Counted from the first letter of the stretch, positions 19,469 to 30,454 are shown. The stretch: 64,000 nucleotides of DNA from an uncultured delta proteobacterium (GCA_963711565.1 CAVQEQ010000004.1:704001-768000), one strand, 5' to 3'. Notes: generated by a model from the letters alone, not told the origin. Made by a program: numbers and translations.

Positions 19469-21055
19469 ATGAAGTTACTAGCCAGGCCTGAGGGACGATC
19501 GCTGCCGTTGATACTTGCGGCGGCTGTCCTCATATCCACGTCGCCGATGGTCACCGGATGCTCGCGCGGCGACGACCAACCTGCCGCTGCGCCATCGACG
19601 CAGGAACAGCCGAGCGTCGCCGCGACAGCTGTACCTGCTCCTCCTCCCCCAGCCGCGGCCGCTGAGCCCGGTCCTCCGCCTGGTGCGGCTACCCCGCAAC
19701 AGTTACAGGAGCTGGTATCACCGATAGCTCTATATCCTGATGTGCTGGTGGCGCAGATCCTCGCTGGATCCACCTATCCAACACAGGTGGTGGAGGCGGA
19801 TAGGTGGCTAAAACAGAATCCGAATCTGACTGGCGACCAGCTGGCCAACCAGGTGAACCAGCAGAACTGGGATCCAAGCATCAAGTCGCTCACGCAATTC
19901 CCGACCGTGCTGCAAACGATGAACGACAACCTCGCGTGGACCTCCAACCTGGGCGAGGCGTACTACAATCAGCCCGCCGACGTGATGAATGCTATCCAGG
20001 TTCTGCGCAACATGGCAGTGAATGCGGGAACGCTGAAGTCCACCGCGCAACAGCAAGTTGAAGTCCAGCCCGCTCCTCCTGCCGCGCAAGGCAGTACGCA
20101 GCCCTCGGTGCAGCAGACAGTTATCATCCAGCCGGCACAGCCGAATACGGTTTATGTCCCACAGTACAATCCGACTAGCGCCTATGGCGCTCCTGTCGCG
20201 GCGCCGCCGGGATACAGCGGCAGCGATTTGCTCCTCACAGGTGTCTTATCATTTGGCGCGGGGATTTTGCTCGGGTCACTGATCAACAACGGTCACAACG
20301 ATTGGAACTGCGGTTGGTATGGCGGTGGCGGCAGTACGGTCAAGTACAACAACAACGTTTACGTGACCAACAACAACGTGTACCCGGGACGATATCCCGG
20401 CGGCGGCGGGGGCTATCGACCGCCGGCGTACCGGCCGCCGAACGGCGGGTATCCGCCGCGACCAGCGCCATATCCGGGCAACAGGCCACCTTACAATGGT
20501 GGCGGCGGATACAATCGTCCGAACAATCCGGGAATCCCGGCGACGCGGCCGTACGACAAGAATACCGCGCGGCCGGCCAATCCCAATGTCACAACGCCAA
20601 ACTTCCCCAAGCCCAGCACACTGCCGAATAATCCCGTCGGGGCTAACCAGAACGGCAAGAACCCAGGAAAGAATCGACCCAATCCGCCGGCTAATCCCTC
20701 GTCAGGAACTCGGCCAGCAAATCCAGGTGCGGGAACGCTGCCAGCCAAGCCCGCCGCCGGGAATCGGCCCGCTACTGGCAAGCCCGCCAATCGCGCGGCG
20801 GACCCGGCTCGAGGCTTCGCGAAAGACAATAGCAGCATGGGCGGCCGCAATAGCGCCTTCGGTGGATATGAGCCCGGCGGAAATACGCGGGCATCAAGCG
20901 ATCGCGGACAAGCCAGCTTCAGGGGAAATCAAAAACCCGCTGGTGGTGGCGGCAAGGTTGGTGGTGGCGGAGGCGGCAATGCCAAACGCGGCGGCGGTGG
21001 CCATGGCGGCGGCGGTAATGGAGGAAATCGGGGCGGCAAGAAGAAGGGTAATTGA
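19469..21055 (+). CDS. DUF3300-family lipoprotein with Pro/Gly/Asn-rich tail
   Basis: LVSPIALYPDVLVAQIL..STYP, WDPSIKSL..FP, VYVPQYNP. Confidence 0.9.
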   Translation: MKLLARPEGRSLPLILAAAVLISTSPMVTGCSRGDDQPAAAPSTQEQPSVAATAVPAPPPPAAAAEPGPPPGAATPQQLQELVSPIALYPDVLVAQILAGSTYPTQVVEADRWLKQNPNLTGDQLANQVNQQNWDPSIKSLTQFPTVLQTMNDNLAWTSNLGEAYYNQPADVMNAIQVLRNMAVNAGTLKSTAQQQVEVQPAPPAAQGSTQPSVQQTVIIQPAQPNTVYVPQYNPTSAYGAPVAAPPGYSGSDLLLTGVLSFGAGILLGSLINNGHNDWNCGWYGGGGSTVKYNNNVYVTNNNVYPGRYPGGGGGYRPPAYRPPNGGYPPRPAPYPGNRPPYNGGGGYNRPNNPGIPATRPYDKNTARPANPNVTTPNFPKPSTLPNNPVGANQNGKNPGKNRPNPPANPSSGTRPANPGAGTLPAKPAAGNRPATGKPANRAADPARGFAKDNSSMGGRNSAFGGYEPGGNTRASSDRGQASFRGNQKPAGGGGKVGGGGGGNAKRGGGGHGGGGNGGNRGGKKKGN

Positions 21056-21064
21056 GGAATTCCT

Positions 21065-22096
21065 ATGATGCGCAATCAAATGATTAAGGAACACCTCAAC
21101 ATCAATTTACACCGCGCCGCGAACGCGACGGGAAAAACACTTATGTCGAATTTTCTTAACTATTCGCGGCTGAGAGTCGCGCTCGTGCTGTCATCGCTCC
21201 TTTTGATAGGATTGTTGGTCGCACCGTTCGCGTCGGCGGACGAACCCGCCTCGCAGCAAGCATTCCCATCGCCGGACGCCGCAGCTAAGGCCCTCGTCGT
21301 CGCCGACAGAGCGGACGATATGAAAGCCCTCGGCTCGATTCTCGGCCCGGACGCCGATCAGGTCCTTTCATCGGGAGATCCAGTTGCCGACAAGAACGCG
21401 CGTGACGACTTCGCGCGACGCTACGACGAAATGCATCGATTCGAGTACGACGATCAGGGTCGCGTGATCCTTTATATAGGCGCCGGCAACTGGCCGGTTC
21501 CGATTCGGCTCGTAAAGAAAGTGGACGGATGGGTGTTCGACACGGCTGCCGGCAAAGATGAGCTGCTATACAGGCGAATAGGTCGAAATGAGCTTTTCAC
21601 GATCAAGGTTCTCGAAAATTTGGCCGATGCCCAGACAGAGTACGCAAGCGACGCACACGATGGCGAGGGTCCCGGTCTCTACGCCCGGAAAATTCTGAGC
21701 GATATCGGTAAACAGAACGGGTTGTATTGGGAGACCGCTGAAGGGCAGCCCGAGAGTCCTATTGGACCTCTTGTCGCGAGCGCAACTGCGGCCGGCTATA
21801 GGAAAGGTACCGGTGGAAATCCTGTCCCGTTTCACGGGTACTACTACAAAGTACTGACAAAGCAGGGCAGGAATGCGCCGGACGGAGCAATGAACTACCT
21901 GGTCGATGGCAAAATGACCAAGGGCTTCGCATTCCTGGCTTATCCCGCCGAGTATCGCGCCTCGGGAGTTATGACACTCATGATCAACCAGGACGGTGTC
22001 ATAGTTCAAAAGGACCTGGGTGCCGACACTACTAAAATGGCGGACGCGATCGACGTATACAATCCCGACAAGACCTGGCAGGAAGTGGACGAGTAG
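21065..22096 (+). CDS. DUF2950-family protein
   Basis: RRIGRNE, GLYW, PFHGYYYKVL, AYPAEYRASGVMT; canonical partner of DUF3300. Confidence 0.9.
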   Translation: MMRNQMIKEHLNINLHRAANATGKTLMSNFLNYSRLRVALVLSSLLLIGLLVAPFASADEPASQQAFPSPDAAAKALVVADRADDMKALGSILGPDADQVLSSGDPVADKNARDDFARRYDEMHRFEYDDQGRVILYIGAGNWPVPIRLVKKVDGWVFDTAAGKDELLYRRIGRNELFTIKVLENLADAQTEYASDAHDGEGPGLYARKILSDIGKQNGLYWETAEGQPESPIGPLVASATAAGYRKGTGGNPVPFHGYYYKVLTKQGRNAPDGAMNYLVDGKMTKGFAFLAYPAEYRASGVMTLMINQDGVIVQKDLGADTTKMADAIDVYNPDKTWQEVDE

Positions 22097-22153
22097 ATTA
22101 TCATTGCCGGCGCATGCCGCGTGGGTGCAGTAACGATGGCGGGCGGAGATCAA

Positions 22154-22938
22154 ATGTCAGTCGAAGCCACTCTCATCGGACAACTGCGGGATGAAATCCA
22201 TCGTCGCCTCGCACCACATAGGCATACGGCGCTGCTCGCCGCGATTATCGCTGCGTTCATGGTTCGGCCATTGATCGGTGATTCCGGCGCTGGTCCTATC
22301 ATGTTCAGCAGCGCGATGTTGGTGCTGCTTCTGCTAGCCCTGTACAACATCGACGTTGATGAGTTGGTAGGCGACCGGGAAACTCTTATAGCCCAGAGGC
22401 GGAGGCGGAGCATCATCGCGTGGACGCTGGGTATTCCCGCGATCGTAGAACGATTTGTCGTCGTCTTCTCACCAAGCCACTCGATCTACCTGGCCGGCTC
22501 GATTCTGTGGATGCTGCTCTTCGCCTTCATCACGTGGAATGAATTGCGTGCCGTCCTGAGGCAGAAGGAGATTACGCGGGAAGTCATCAGCATGTCGATT
22601 TCGACCTACCTCCTGCTGGGTCTGACTTGTGGGCTGTTCTATATCCTACTTCACGATCTACAGCCCAATGCCTTCAGCTTCGGTTCCGGGCGCCTCTTTC
22701 CGAGCAACAGACTATCCCGGTTATGATCTATTTCAGCCTCACTACTCTATCGACTATCGGGTTTGGCGACATAACGCCGGTAACTCTACAAGCACGCTAC
22801 GCGGCGGTGGCGGAAGGTATAACCGGACAGTTCTACCTGGCGATTTTGGTCGCGCGGCTGGTGGGAATGCAGATGACCCAGTCGCCAACCCAGCACGCGG
22901 AACAAAAAGCATTCGAGGCCGGTACCGAACCAAAATGA
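22154..22938 (+). pseudogene. Potassium-channel-family (Ion_trans_2) membrane protein, frameshifted at ~22689
   Basis: N-part (ORF 22121-22726) and C-part with YFSLTTLSTIGFGDITP filter (ORF 22627-22938) join if one base is added at GGG 22688-22690. Confidence 0.8.
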
Positions 22939-22989
22939 GCTGCCGGGCGAGACGCTAAGCTACGGGCCGAGTTTTATGAGGAACTACTC

Positions 22990-23745
22990 GTGAGCCCAAT
23001 CGCTGTCGGTTGCATCGTGCTGGCATGCGTTTTCGGCGGCGCGCTGCTCGGAATGGCTCTTCAGACGATTCTGCCCGAGCACCACCTGAGCGTGGATTCC
23101 AGGGACGTAATCAAACTAGGGATGGGTCTGATCGCGACGATGTCGGCCCTGGTTCTTGCACTGCTGATTAGCTCGGCAAAGGGTTCCTACGACACACAGA
23201 GAAACGAACTCACTCAAGCCGCCGCCAACATCATCCTGATCGATCGCGTGCTAGCGCATTACGGACCCGAGAGCAAGGAAGCTCGCGATCTCCTCCAGCT
23301 ATCCGTCGCTGGGATGATCGATCGAATCTGGCCCAGCGATCCTGCGGCAAATGCGAAGTTGGGGCCGACCACGGCTGGCGGCGAACTGTTCTTCGACAAG
23401 ATCCAGGAACTTACCCCGCAGAACGACGTTCAGCGCGCGCTTCAGGCCGAAGCCGTGAGGATGAGCATCGACATCGGGCAGGCGCGCTTATTGTTGTTCG
23501 AGCAGAGCGGCCGTTCGATCCCGATGCCGTTTCTTGTGCTATTGATCTTCTGGGTGACTGTTATTTTTCTCAGCTTCGGACTTTTCGCCCCCCACAACGC
23601 AACCGTGATCGCGACTCTGTTCTTGTGTGCGCTATCGGTTTCAGGCGCTATCTTTTTGATAATGGAGTTGGACCGACCGTTCGGTGGGATGATTCAGATT
23701 TCGAGTGCTCCGCTGCGCTCCGCCATCGCCAGTATCGACAAGTAG
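22990..23745 (+). CDS. DUF4239/bestrophin-like membrane protein
   Basis: GLIATMSALVLALL.SSAK.SYD and IFLIMELDRPFGG.IQISS.P motifs. Confidence 0.7.
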   Translation: MSPIAVGCIVLACVFGGALLGMALQTILPEHHLSVDSRDVIKLGMGLIATMSALVLALLISSAKGSYDTQRNELTQAAANIILIDRVLAHYGPESKEARDLLQLSVAGMIDRIWPSDPAANAKLGPTTAGGELFFDKIQELTPQNDVQRALQAEAVRMSIDIGQARLLLFEQSGRSIPMPFLVLLIFWVTVIFLSFGLFAPHNATVIATLFLCALSVSGAIFLIMELDRPFGGMIQISSAPLRSAIASIDK

Positions 23746-23746
23746 C

Positions 23747-24177
23747 ATGAGCGCTGTACCACAAAACATCGCCGTAACCGGCAAGTGGCTACACTGCGAC
23801 TTCGTCGCAGCCCGGCCAGTATTCGTCTTCTTTCTGGTCGCCTTCGTGCTCCAGCTTTTGATCATCAAGCTGGCAGTCGCGGAATTCTCAATTCCGATAA
23901 CTGCGTTTTCCCAGGCCGTGGTCGGCGCCCTGCTGGCAGCCAAGGCGGTCCTGATACTTGACGAAACGCGGCTTGGACGGAGCCTCGAACGCTATCGCAA
24001 GATCGTCGCGCTTGGCGTCAAGACAATTCTCTACAGATTCGGCGCGCTGCTGCTCGGCTACCTCGAACGATTTCTTGAAGCGCTGCACTGGTTGGCAGCT
24101 TCGACGAAGCCGTCCGGGACATGATCGACAGGGCAAACTTGTATCGGTTCTCCGCCTGGGTACTGGGAGTAACTCTG
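23747..24177 (+). pseudogene. Degenerate membrane protein, frameshift at ~24090
   Basis: Hydrophobic ORF ...LERFLEALH continues in another frame as VGSFDEAVRDMIDRANLYRFSAWVLGVTL, then decays. Confidence 0.55.
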
Positions 24178-24590
24178 CGGCACGGCGCGCGAGGACCAAA
24201 AGGACGCCCACGGCAACGTCGTCGCGACTACACCCTTTTGGACGAGCGCTTCGGATTTGAAGGCGAAGCGATTCTATTTCCGCACTCACGAGAACAGTCA
24301 AATTCGCTCAGTCAACCTCATGAAAATGCCGGTGGACGCCAAAAGCATCGCCACCATTTCCATGAAGGGCAGCGAGGACATCAAATCTCTGAACCCCTGA
24401 AGGGCACCAACTCGCGTGTCGATGCTACGGCACAGTCCGCAACTGTCAATCCTGCCCGAGCGGACTTGAACCCGATTCGGTCCACTCGCGCCGCAGGTGT
24501 CAAGTGGCAAACGGGCTTTCATAAATGCGAGCTACAAGCTTATCATCTTCCGGAAGATTGCTCGGAATTTGAAATCGCTCGAGGCTTGAA

Positions 24591-27500
24591 ATGAATCCGT
24601 TTTCCGCCAGGAATCGAACTGATCGGGCAAGTGAGCCTGGGCGGCGCGCGAGTCGCCGCCGCAGCCTTTGGCTCGGCTTGATATTAGTTCTGATAGCACT
24701 ATCTCCTCTGTCCCTGAACCTGAAAGCGGCGTCACCTCCTCCCCCGTTGATTGGCTTCAGCCCGCAGGCCGGGACCTCCGTGCTGCCCGCCAACGAATTG
24801 GCGGCCTGCGCAAATCCCGGCTATACTTCGCTGAGCCAATGCATCGACAAACAGGACAAGGACAACGTAGTCATCGGAGAGGGTGCGAAAAAAGCTCTGT
24901 GCAAGACAAATGTCGTCGCCGATGAAGCGTCTTACGCTTTTGGGAAAATCACTATCGGCGCGGGCGGGTTGCTGCTGGTGCCTGATCAGACGGCGCAAAC
25001 TCCGGTCAGCATCACAACGACGGGAATCAACGTTGCCGGTACGCTGCAAATCGGTGATCCGGCCTGCCCTATCGGCACTACCAGTCCGGCTGACAAGGTA
25101 ACGATCACCTTCACCGGAGATAAGAAGACTTGCTCGGGTGGCTGTGACGGCAGCGTGAAGGGAATCGAGGTCGAGAAGAACGGCAGCTTGATAATGTACG
25201 GCCTCAAGGGTGCACCGAATCCATCTGTTAGCCCCGCCTCTCCAGGAGTGAGCTGGACCTATCTAACGGCGCCGGCCGGGCCGACTACCTACAATTCCAC
25301 AGCCGGCGTATTGAGCCCGGTTCCGAGTGAGGGCACCACCACGCTGCAACTGGCTAGCGATGTGACCGGTCCGAACGGCTGGAAGATGGGCGATTGGATC
25401 GCGGTGGCGACGACGAGTTTCAGTCCGTTTGAAACCGAGTTCGTGCAATTGGCCGGTAACCCGACGGTGGTCGTTGCGGGCGTCAGCAGCAGTGTGACGC
25501 TTATGCAGCCGCTGAAGTTCTATCACTTCGGCGGAACCGCTCCCAGCACGGGCTCCACCGGGAAATGTACCAAGAACCCAACCCTGCCTGACTCTTACTG
25601 CGACCCTTCGACGCAGAACTTCGGCGTCGATGAAAGAGCCGAAGTTGGACTAATCAGCCGCAATATCAAGTTAACGGCCGACACCGCCGCAACCGGGGAT
25701 AGCCGTCACTGGGGCGGCGAGTTGCGCTTTGTCATGGGGTACAAACAAGTCGCGCTGCAAGGTGTCGAGATCGAGAAGTTCGGCAAGGAACAGCTGGGAA
25801 GCTATCCAATCCACTTTCATATGGACGGCTCCCTGCCTGCGGATTCGGGGTCCGGCGGCACGCTGGTCAACGCGAACAGCATTCATCATAGCTACAACAA
25901 GTGCATCGCGATTCACGAGACGAATAATCTTGTTATTCAGAACAATGTATGCGCGCGCATAACTGGGAACATCTTCTACGAAGAGATCGGCGACGAGACT
26001 AATACCACCTTCACCGGCAACCTCGGGATGGGTGCGATGAGCAATTGGTTCAACGTCCATGAGACTGTAGATAGCACCCGGGACAATCTTATCTCGACGT
26101 ATTATTGGCCCGGCGATAACTTGCAGACAGTCACCAGCTTTAACCAGTTCAACATACGCGACACCGATAACCAGTTCTCGAAGGAGATCGCGGAGGGGCT
26201 TCCCCGGGTGCGTGGTAGCTGCGGGACCTTCGGCCCGCAAGGCAAAATTGACCTGAACCGGCCCTTCACCAAAGATCATACCTTCTGTGATCCCGACCAG
26301 GGCGAGGTGTATTTCGAACCTCCCAATGGTTTCTGGATCCTCAATCCCAGTACCAAGCTCATGAATAACTCAATTGCCGGTTGCCAGGATGTTGGTAAGG
26401 CCTACTGGTATGTGCCACCCAAGGATTCCTCCAGCACGGCGGCCAAGTTTATTCCGATCGGTATGCAGTATAGCGGTCCCGATCCGTCGAAGTTCGGACT
26501 GTTTCAGAATAATCGCGGACACGGCTGTTATTCAGGAGTGTACGGTGAAGATGATGGATTGGTCACCTCCGACCAGCTCTTTGGCTATCAGGACGGTGTC
26601 CACGACGCGTCACATCAGGCCGTGGTCGACGAGTTCGACGGCCTGACCCTGTCCCGCATCAAGGACCGCGGCGTCTGGCTGCGTCCGAGCTTTTTCGTGG
26701 TCAAGGACGCACGAGTTGCGACCAGCCGCGACGGCGTGTCGACGGTTACTTCGGGTGGCGTCGATGGCAATTATCCGGGCGTCTGGGGGATGCTCCTCGA
26801 CTCGGTAGTTGTTGGGATAAGCATGAATAACGTGGATCGATGGGGACCCTGCGGTTCTAAGGTGTTAGTCCCGGGGTTCCCCCAGAGCCGCGGCGGCGAT
26901 ATGGGTTGTATCGATCAGACGGTGCCGAAAAACGGAACGTCAAAGACCGGCGGAGAGTTCACCGATAGAGGTTATCCCACTCCCGATTGGCCAATGTTCG
27001 GCTTCATGATTTACGACGGTCCGCCACTCATAATCACGGACCGCTTCGTCAATTTCCGGGCCGCGCCGGGGTCAACGGCGACCACTGGTTTTACGGCGGC
27101 GAAACTTCTCACCACCGCCGACAATTGCATTTTGACTGGGTGCCCCAATCAAACACCCGCGGTCATGCCGTGGGGCTTCTACGGGATACCCGGCTGTCCC
27201 ACCAATCCATTGGGTTACTCGATCTACGAGGGTGACGCGGCCCTGGGCTGGTTCAACGTCAATCAGAGTTCTTATCCAGCCGCGACCACTACTGACAATT
27301 TGACATTCACCAACGTTGATTTGCGCCATCAGATCTACACCGCGCAAGTCAATCGAGGAGGCTTCACCGACGGCGACGAGAACACTACCATAGTCGACCT
27401 CGACGGTTCGCTTTCCGGAATCGTCGCGTTGGATCCGGACGGCAACCCACTTCCGACAATCTCGCTCAACAACCTTGGGATCAACGCGTCGAGTAATTCG

Positions 27501-28736
27501 GTAGATGAGTGTCTGGCAGCTGGCGCGGAAGACAGCCTGCTCGAGGGTCGGCCTACCAGCGGTATGGTTCCCAGCGCACTCGGTCAGCTCGAGTTTGAGC
27601 AGTTGTATCCGCCATCTCCACAGCCGATTGAAAATAATCCACTCAACGCGCTTGCACACAAGGAGCTGCTCACGTTCGCCAAGAACACGATCGATTTCAA
27701 TCTATTGACGAACGTCAACCATCACCAATCGATGCCCCTGACCAGCCGCAACGGGCTGGGTGATTGGGAACCAAAAGTCACCGACGGCTACGGCTACACC
27801 GTTACCGCAGGCAGCTTTGCTTACCCTAGTTCACCTTCCTGTAAGGTCGCGCCTCCGGACAAGGCTCCGGGAATTAGCAAGATCGTGGACCTGACCTTGA
27901 CCGACATAGTCAATGCCGAAAGCATCACAACCAAGAACCCTTTCTATGTGCAATTGGGTATTTGCTATACCGACAAGGACGGTAATCATCCTGATCCATC
28001 CGCGGTAAACGGCCCTTTGTTTTCGATTTCGAAAGGCTATCGTTCATATGGTGGCGGAAACGTGGTTCCAAATGACGATCTCAATGAATACTGGGGCGGC
28101 CCTCTAGCCTGCGACGGACTCGACAACTCGCTAGCCGTACAAAACGGGGATAAGCCGGAAGATACCAAGACCATGCCTTCGCAGTGTCCCTCAGCGTCGT
28201 CTACGGGCTCTCCGGTGTTCACCGGTTTTAATCCGGTCCAGAATTACGCGGACATGACTATGTCTACCCCCGGTATGCCAAGTACACCGAACGGACCTCC
28301 GATCCTCAACAATTACTACTATGACAAAGCCAACGGGTGGTTGTTCGTGTGGGTCGCGCAGACCGAGCCCAACGCCCAAGGGCCATCGCCGCTCGGGAAT
28401 TGCACGGGTAACAAAGCGACGGATCCGATCTATTGTCCGAGCCAAACCACCGGCGAGAGCTACTATGTCTGTCCTGCGGAGGGCTGTCCGTCTTATCGAA
28501 TTGTCTTGAACGATCCGAACTATAAACCCGGCATGTCCAGCTGCGGAGATCCTTATTCAGCGCAAGAAGGATATGAATGGCCGGCGGGCCCGATGAACCA
28601 GAACACTTTGGCTCTGGTTAACACCACAACGCCGTTGGTTCAGGCGCAGATGCAGGGGAAACAGGTCGGTACCAACTTCCCATTTCCCCACTATACGGCC
28701 GATCCCCCGCTGACGTGTCCCTTGACTACACCGTGA
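24591..28736 (+). CDS. Large secreted G8-domain/beta-helix protein, TMEM2/CEMIP-like
   Basis: Signal peptide; G8-like region (GTLQIG...ITFTG...KGIEV..GSL...G); DERAEVGLISRNIK; GKEQLGSYPIHFH; SIHHSYNKCIAIH; FMIYDGP. Confidence 0.75.
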   Translation: MNPFSARNRTDRASEPGRRASRRRSLWLGLILVLIALSPLSLNLKAASPPPPLIGFSPQAGTSVLPANELAACANPGYTSLSQCIDKQDKDNVVIGEGAKKALCKTNVVADEASYAFGKITIGAGGLLLVPDQTAQTPVSITTTGINVAGTLQIGDPACPIGTTSPADKVTITFTGDKKTCSGGCDGSVKGIEVEKNGSLIMYGLKGAPNPSVSPASPGVSWTYLTAPAGPTTYNSTAGVLSPVPSEGTTTLQLASDVTGPNGWKMGDWIAVATTSFSPFETEFVQLAGNPTVVVAGVSSSVTLMQPLKFYHFGGTAPSTGSTGKCTKNPTLPDSYCDPSTQNFGVDERAEVGLISRNIKLTADTAATGDSRHWGGELRFVMGYKQVALQGVEIEKFGKEQLGSYPIHFHMDGSLPADSGSGGTLVNANSIHHSYNKCIAIHETNNLVIQNNVCARITGNIFYEEIGDETNTTFTGNLGMGAMSNWFNVHETVDSTRDNLISTYYWPGDNLQTVTSFNQFNIRDTDNQFSKEIAEGLPRVRGSCGTFGPQGKIDLNRPFTKDHTFCDPDQGEVYFEPPNGFWILNPSTKLMNNSIAGCQDVGKAYWYVPPKDSSSTAAKFIPIGMQYSGPDPSKFGLFQNNRGHGCYSGVYGEDDGLVTSDQLFGYQDGVHDASHQAVVDEFDGLTLSRIKDRGVWLRPSFFVVKDARVATSRDGVSTVTSGGVDGNYPGVWGMLLDSVVVGISMNNVDRWGPCGSKVLVPGFPQSRGGDMGCIDQTVPKNGTSKTGGEFTDRGYPTPDWPMFGFMIYDGPPLIITDRFVNFRAAPGSTATTGFTAAKLLTTADNCILTGCPNQTPAVMPWGFYGIPGCPTNPLGYSIYEGDAALGWFNVNQSSYPAATTTDNLTFTNVDLRHQIYTAQVNRGGFTDGDENTTIVDLDGSLSGIVALDPDGNPLPTISLNNLGINASSNSVDECLAAGAEDSLLEGRPTSGMVPSALGQLEFEQLYPPSPQPIENNPLNALAHKELLTFAKNTIDFNLLTNVNHHQSMPLTSRNGLGDWEPKVTDGYGYTVTAGSFAYPSSPSCKVAPPDKAPGISKIVDLTLTDIVNAESITTKNPFYVQLGICYTDKDGNHPDPSAVNGPLFSISKGYRSYGGGNVVPNDDLNEYWGGPLACDGLDNSLAVQNGDKPEDTKTMPSQCPSASSTGSPVFTGFNPVQNYADMTMSTPGMPSTPNGPPILNNYYYDKANGWLFVWVAQTEPNAQGPSPLGNCTGNKATDPIYCPSQTTGESYYVCPAEGCPSYRIVLNDPNYKPGMSSCGDPYSAQEGYEWPAGPMNQNTLALVNTTTPLVQAQMQGKQVGTNFPFPHYTADPPLTCPLTTP

Positions 28737-28773
28737 GTCACGCTCAAAAGGTTATTAGCTAGTGGCGCATCAC

Positions 28774-28847
28774 TGAGTATAGTAAGTGCATACTCACTAC
28801 TAATTAGCGTAGCTAATTTGACACCTTTCAAACGAAGGGAGTAAGCT
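28774..28847 (+). promoter_or_regulatory. sigma70-like promoter with two upstream palindromes
   Basis: TTGACA (28818-23)-18 bp-TAAGCT (28842-47); inverted repeats TGAGTAT/ATACTCA (28774-96) and AATTAGC/GCTAATT (28802-18). Confidence 0.5.
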
Positions 28848-28982
28848 TTGATTCGTCGGAATCGTAAAACGAATCGAGCCCGACTTTGATCCAGCCCGAC
28901 CTGTGGCCCTTTTGCTCGCCTTTGACCACGCTCCGCTAGACCAACACAAATTGTAAGTCATCAAGGCTTGAGGGAGACCCCA

Positions 28983-29363
28983 ATGGGACGACCTCGTTTC
29001 CATCCAATGCGGAATGGTCTGGCCGCTATCGCTGTGGCTGGTGCGATGCTACTGAGCGTCGCCGCACCCGCCGCAGCTGCTCCATGGCAGCAAGCGTGGG
29101 GCGACTACGACAAACAACAGCAATGGCACGACGCAAGTTGGTGGCTGCAAAACCAGCATGAATGGGTCGTCTCGCATCATCCCGAATGGACTGACAACTA
29201 CGCCGCAACCCCCGGGCAAATTGGCGATTCTGACCGATTCCACGGACGGCACTATGGCGACGGCGGGACGGATCGTACAGACGCGGTAGCACTCGAGGCC
29301 GTGAAGAACGAGCGACTAAAGGCATCGACAAAAACTGAAGCATCAGTCAAGAACGCTTCGTGA
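28983..29363 (+). CDS. Small secreted Trp/His-rich hypothetical protein
   Basis: GGGAG RBS; signal peptide; WGDYDKQQQWHDASWW...HHPEW. Confidence 0.65.
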   Translation: MGRPRFHPMRNGLAAIAVAGAMLLSVAAPAAAAPWQQAWGDYDKQQQWHDASWWLQNQHEWVVSHHPEWTDNYAATPGQIGDSDRFHGRHYGDGGTDRTDAVALEAVKNERLKASTKTEASVKNAS

Positions 29364-29380
29364 ATTGTAAAGGAAAAGAT

Positions 29381-29728
29381 ATGAAAAGGATCAACTACGG
29401 AAAAATGGCAATGGCCTTTGGCGGAATCATGATCGCAACGCTTGCCGTGGGATGCTATGGCGGCGGGTCCGGATATTCCGGCGGATACGGCTACAACAGC
29501 AGCTATGCCAGCTATGGGAACTCCTATCCTTATAGCGGTTACTCCAGTCCACGAAACTATGGCAACTCATATACCACCGGCTATCAGAACGGAGTACGAG
29601 CTGATGCGAATCGCGACCACGGCGAAGATCGCGCGACCGGGCAGCGTGCCGTAGCTGTAAATCGCGATAGCGCGGTGGCACGAACTGAGACGACGCATTC
29701 CAACGTCGATCGCACTGAGAAAAACTAG
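29381..29728 (+). CDS. Gly/Tyr/Ser-rich hypothetical lipoprotein
   Basis: AAGGA RBS, lipobox LAVGC, low-complexity body. Confidence 0.65.
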   Translation: MKRINYGKMAMAFGGIMIATLAVGCYGGGSGYSGGYGYNSSYASYGNSYPYSGYSSPRNYGNSYTTGYQNGVRADANRDHGEDRATGQRAVAVNRDSAVARTETTHSNVDRTEKN

Positions 29729-30351
29729 CCGTCGGTGCTTGCCGCTATGAACTCAGCCACGAGCGCGATAGCCGCGCGAACGTTGTCGGCTTCGGTGCGG
29801 CCGCTGCGTGCGCGCGGCTTGAAGGAATGATCGCCATCTTCGATCCACTCGATCCGAATTGCGGGCGATAGTTTATAGCCGCCGACATCTTGCGGACTGC
29901 CGAAGCTGTCTCGCGTCCCCTGGACAATCAACGTCGGGGTCCGCAGCGTCTCCAGATGCTTCGTTCGCGTCTTCTCAGGTTTGCCCGCCGGATGAAACGG
30001 ATAGCCGAGGCAGACCACGCCGCGCACCGCTACGTCGTCAGCGACCATGCTCGCAATTCTGCCACCCATCGACTTGCCGCCGATCACGAGCGTGCTGCCG
30101 CCACCGGCCTCGCCGATCGCATCACGAAACGACTGCATCAACACGCTCGGCGGATCCGGTGCTCCCCCCTTGCCAGTCTCCCGCCGCCGCTGCATGTAAG
30201 GAAACTCAAATCGGATCACCCGTACGCCGGACGCTGCAACTCCTTCTGCGACACGCTGCATGAAAAGCGAATCCATCGGCGCGCCCGCGCCATGCACAAA
30301 CAAAAACGATTTCGTCGCCGCCTTTGGTCCATCGATAATCAGCGCCGCCAT
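29725..30351 (-). CDS. Alpha/beta hydrolase (KANL3/Tex30-like)
   Basis: HGAGAPMDS, GGKSMGGR nucleophile elbow, LGYPFHP, QGTRD, GDHSF. Confidence 0.9.
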   Translation of the reverse strand: MAALIIDGPKAATKSFLFVHGAGAPMDSLFMQRVAEGVAASGVRVIRFEFPYMQRRRETGKGGAPDPPSVLMQSFRDAIGEAGGGSTLVIGGKSMGGRIASMVADDVAVRGVVCLGYPFHPAGKPEKTRTKHLETLRTPTLIVQGTRDSFGSPQDVGGYKLSPAIRIEWIEDGDHSFKPRARSGRTEADNVRAAIALVAEFIAASTDG

Positions 30352-30454
30352 GACGTTGAATCATCGAACGCTCGCTGCATCCGCGCAACCAAATTCGACT
30401 TTTGTTTTTGGAGTGTGTTGCGAGAATGGAGTGTGCGGATGCTGCCTGCGACGA

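Noticed and set aside
20300-21055. Pro/Gly/Asn-rich repeats in DUF3300 as a separate element
   Set aside because: In-frame low-complexity tail, usual for this family.
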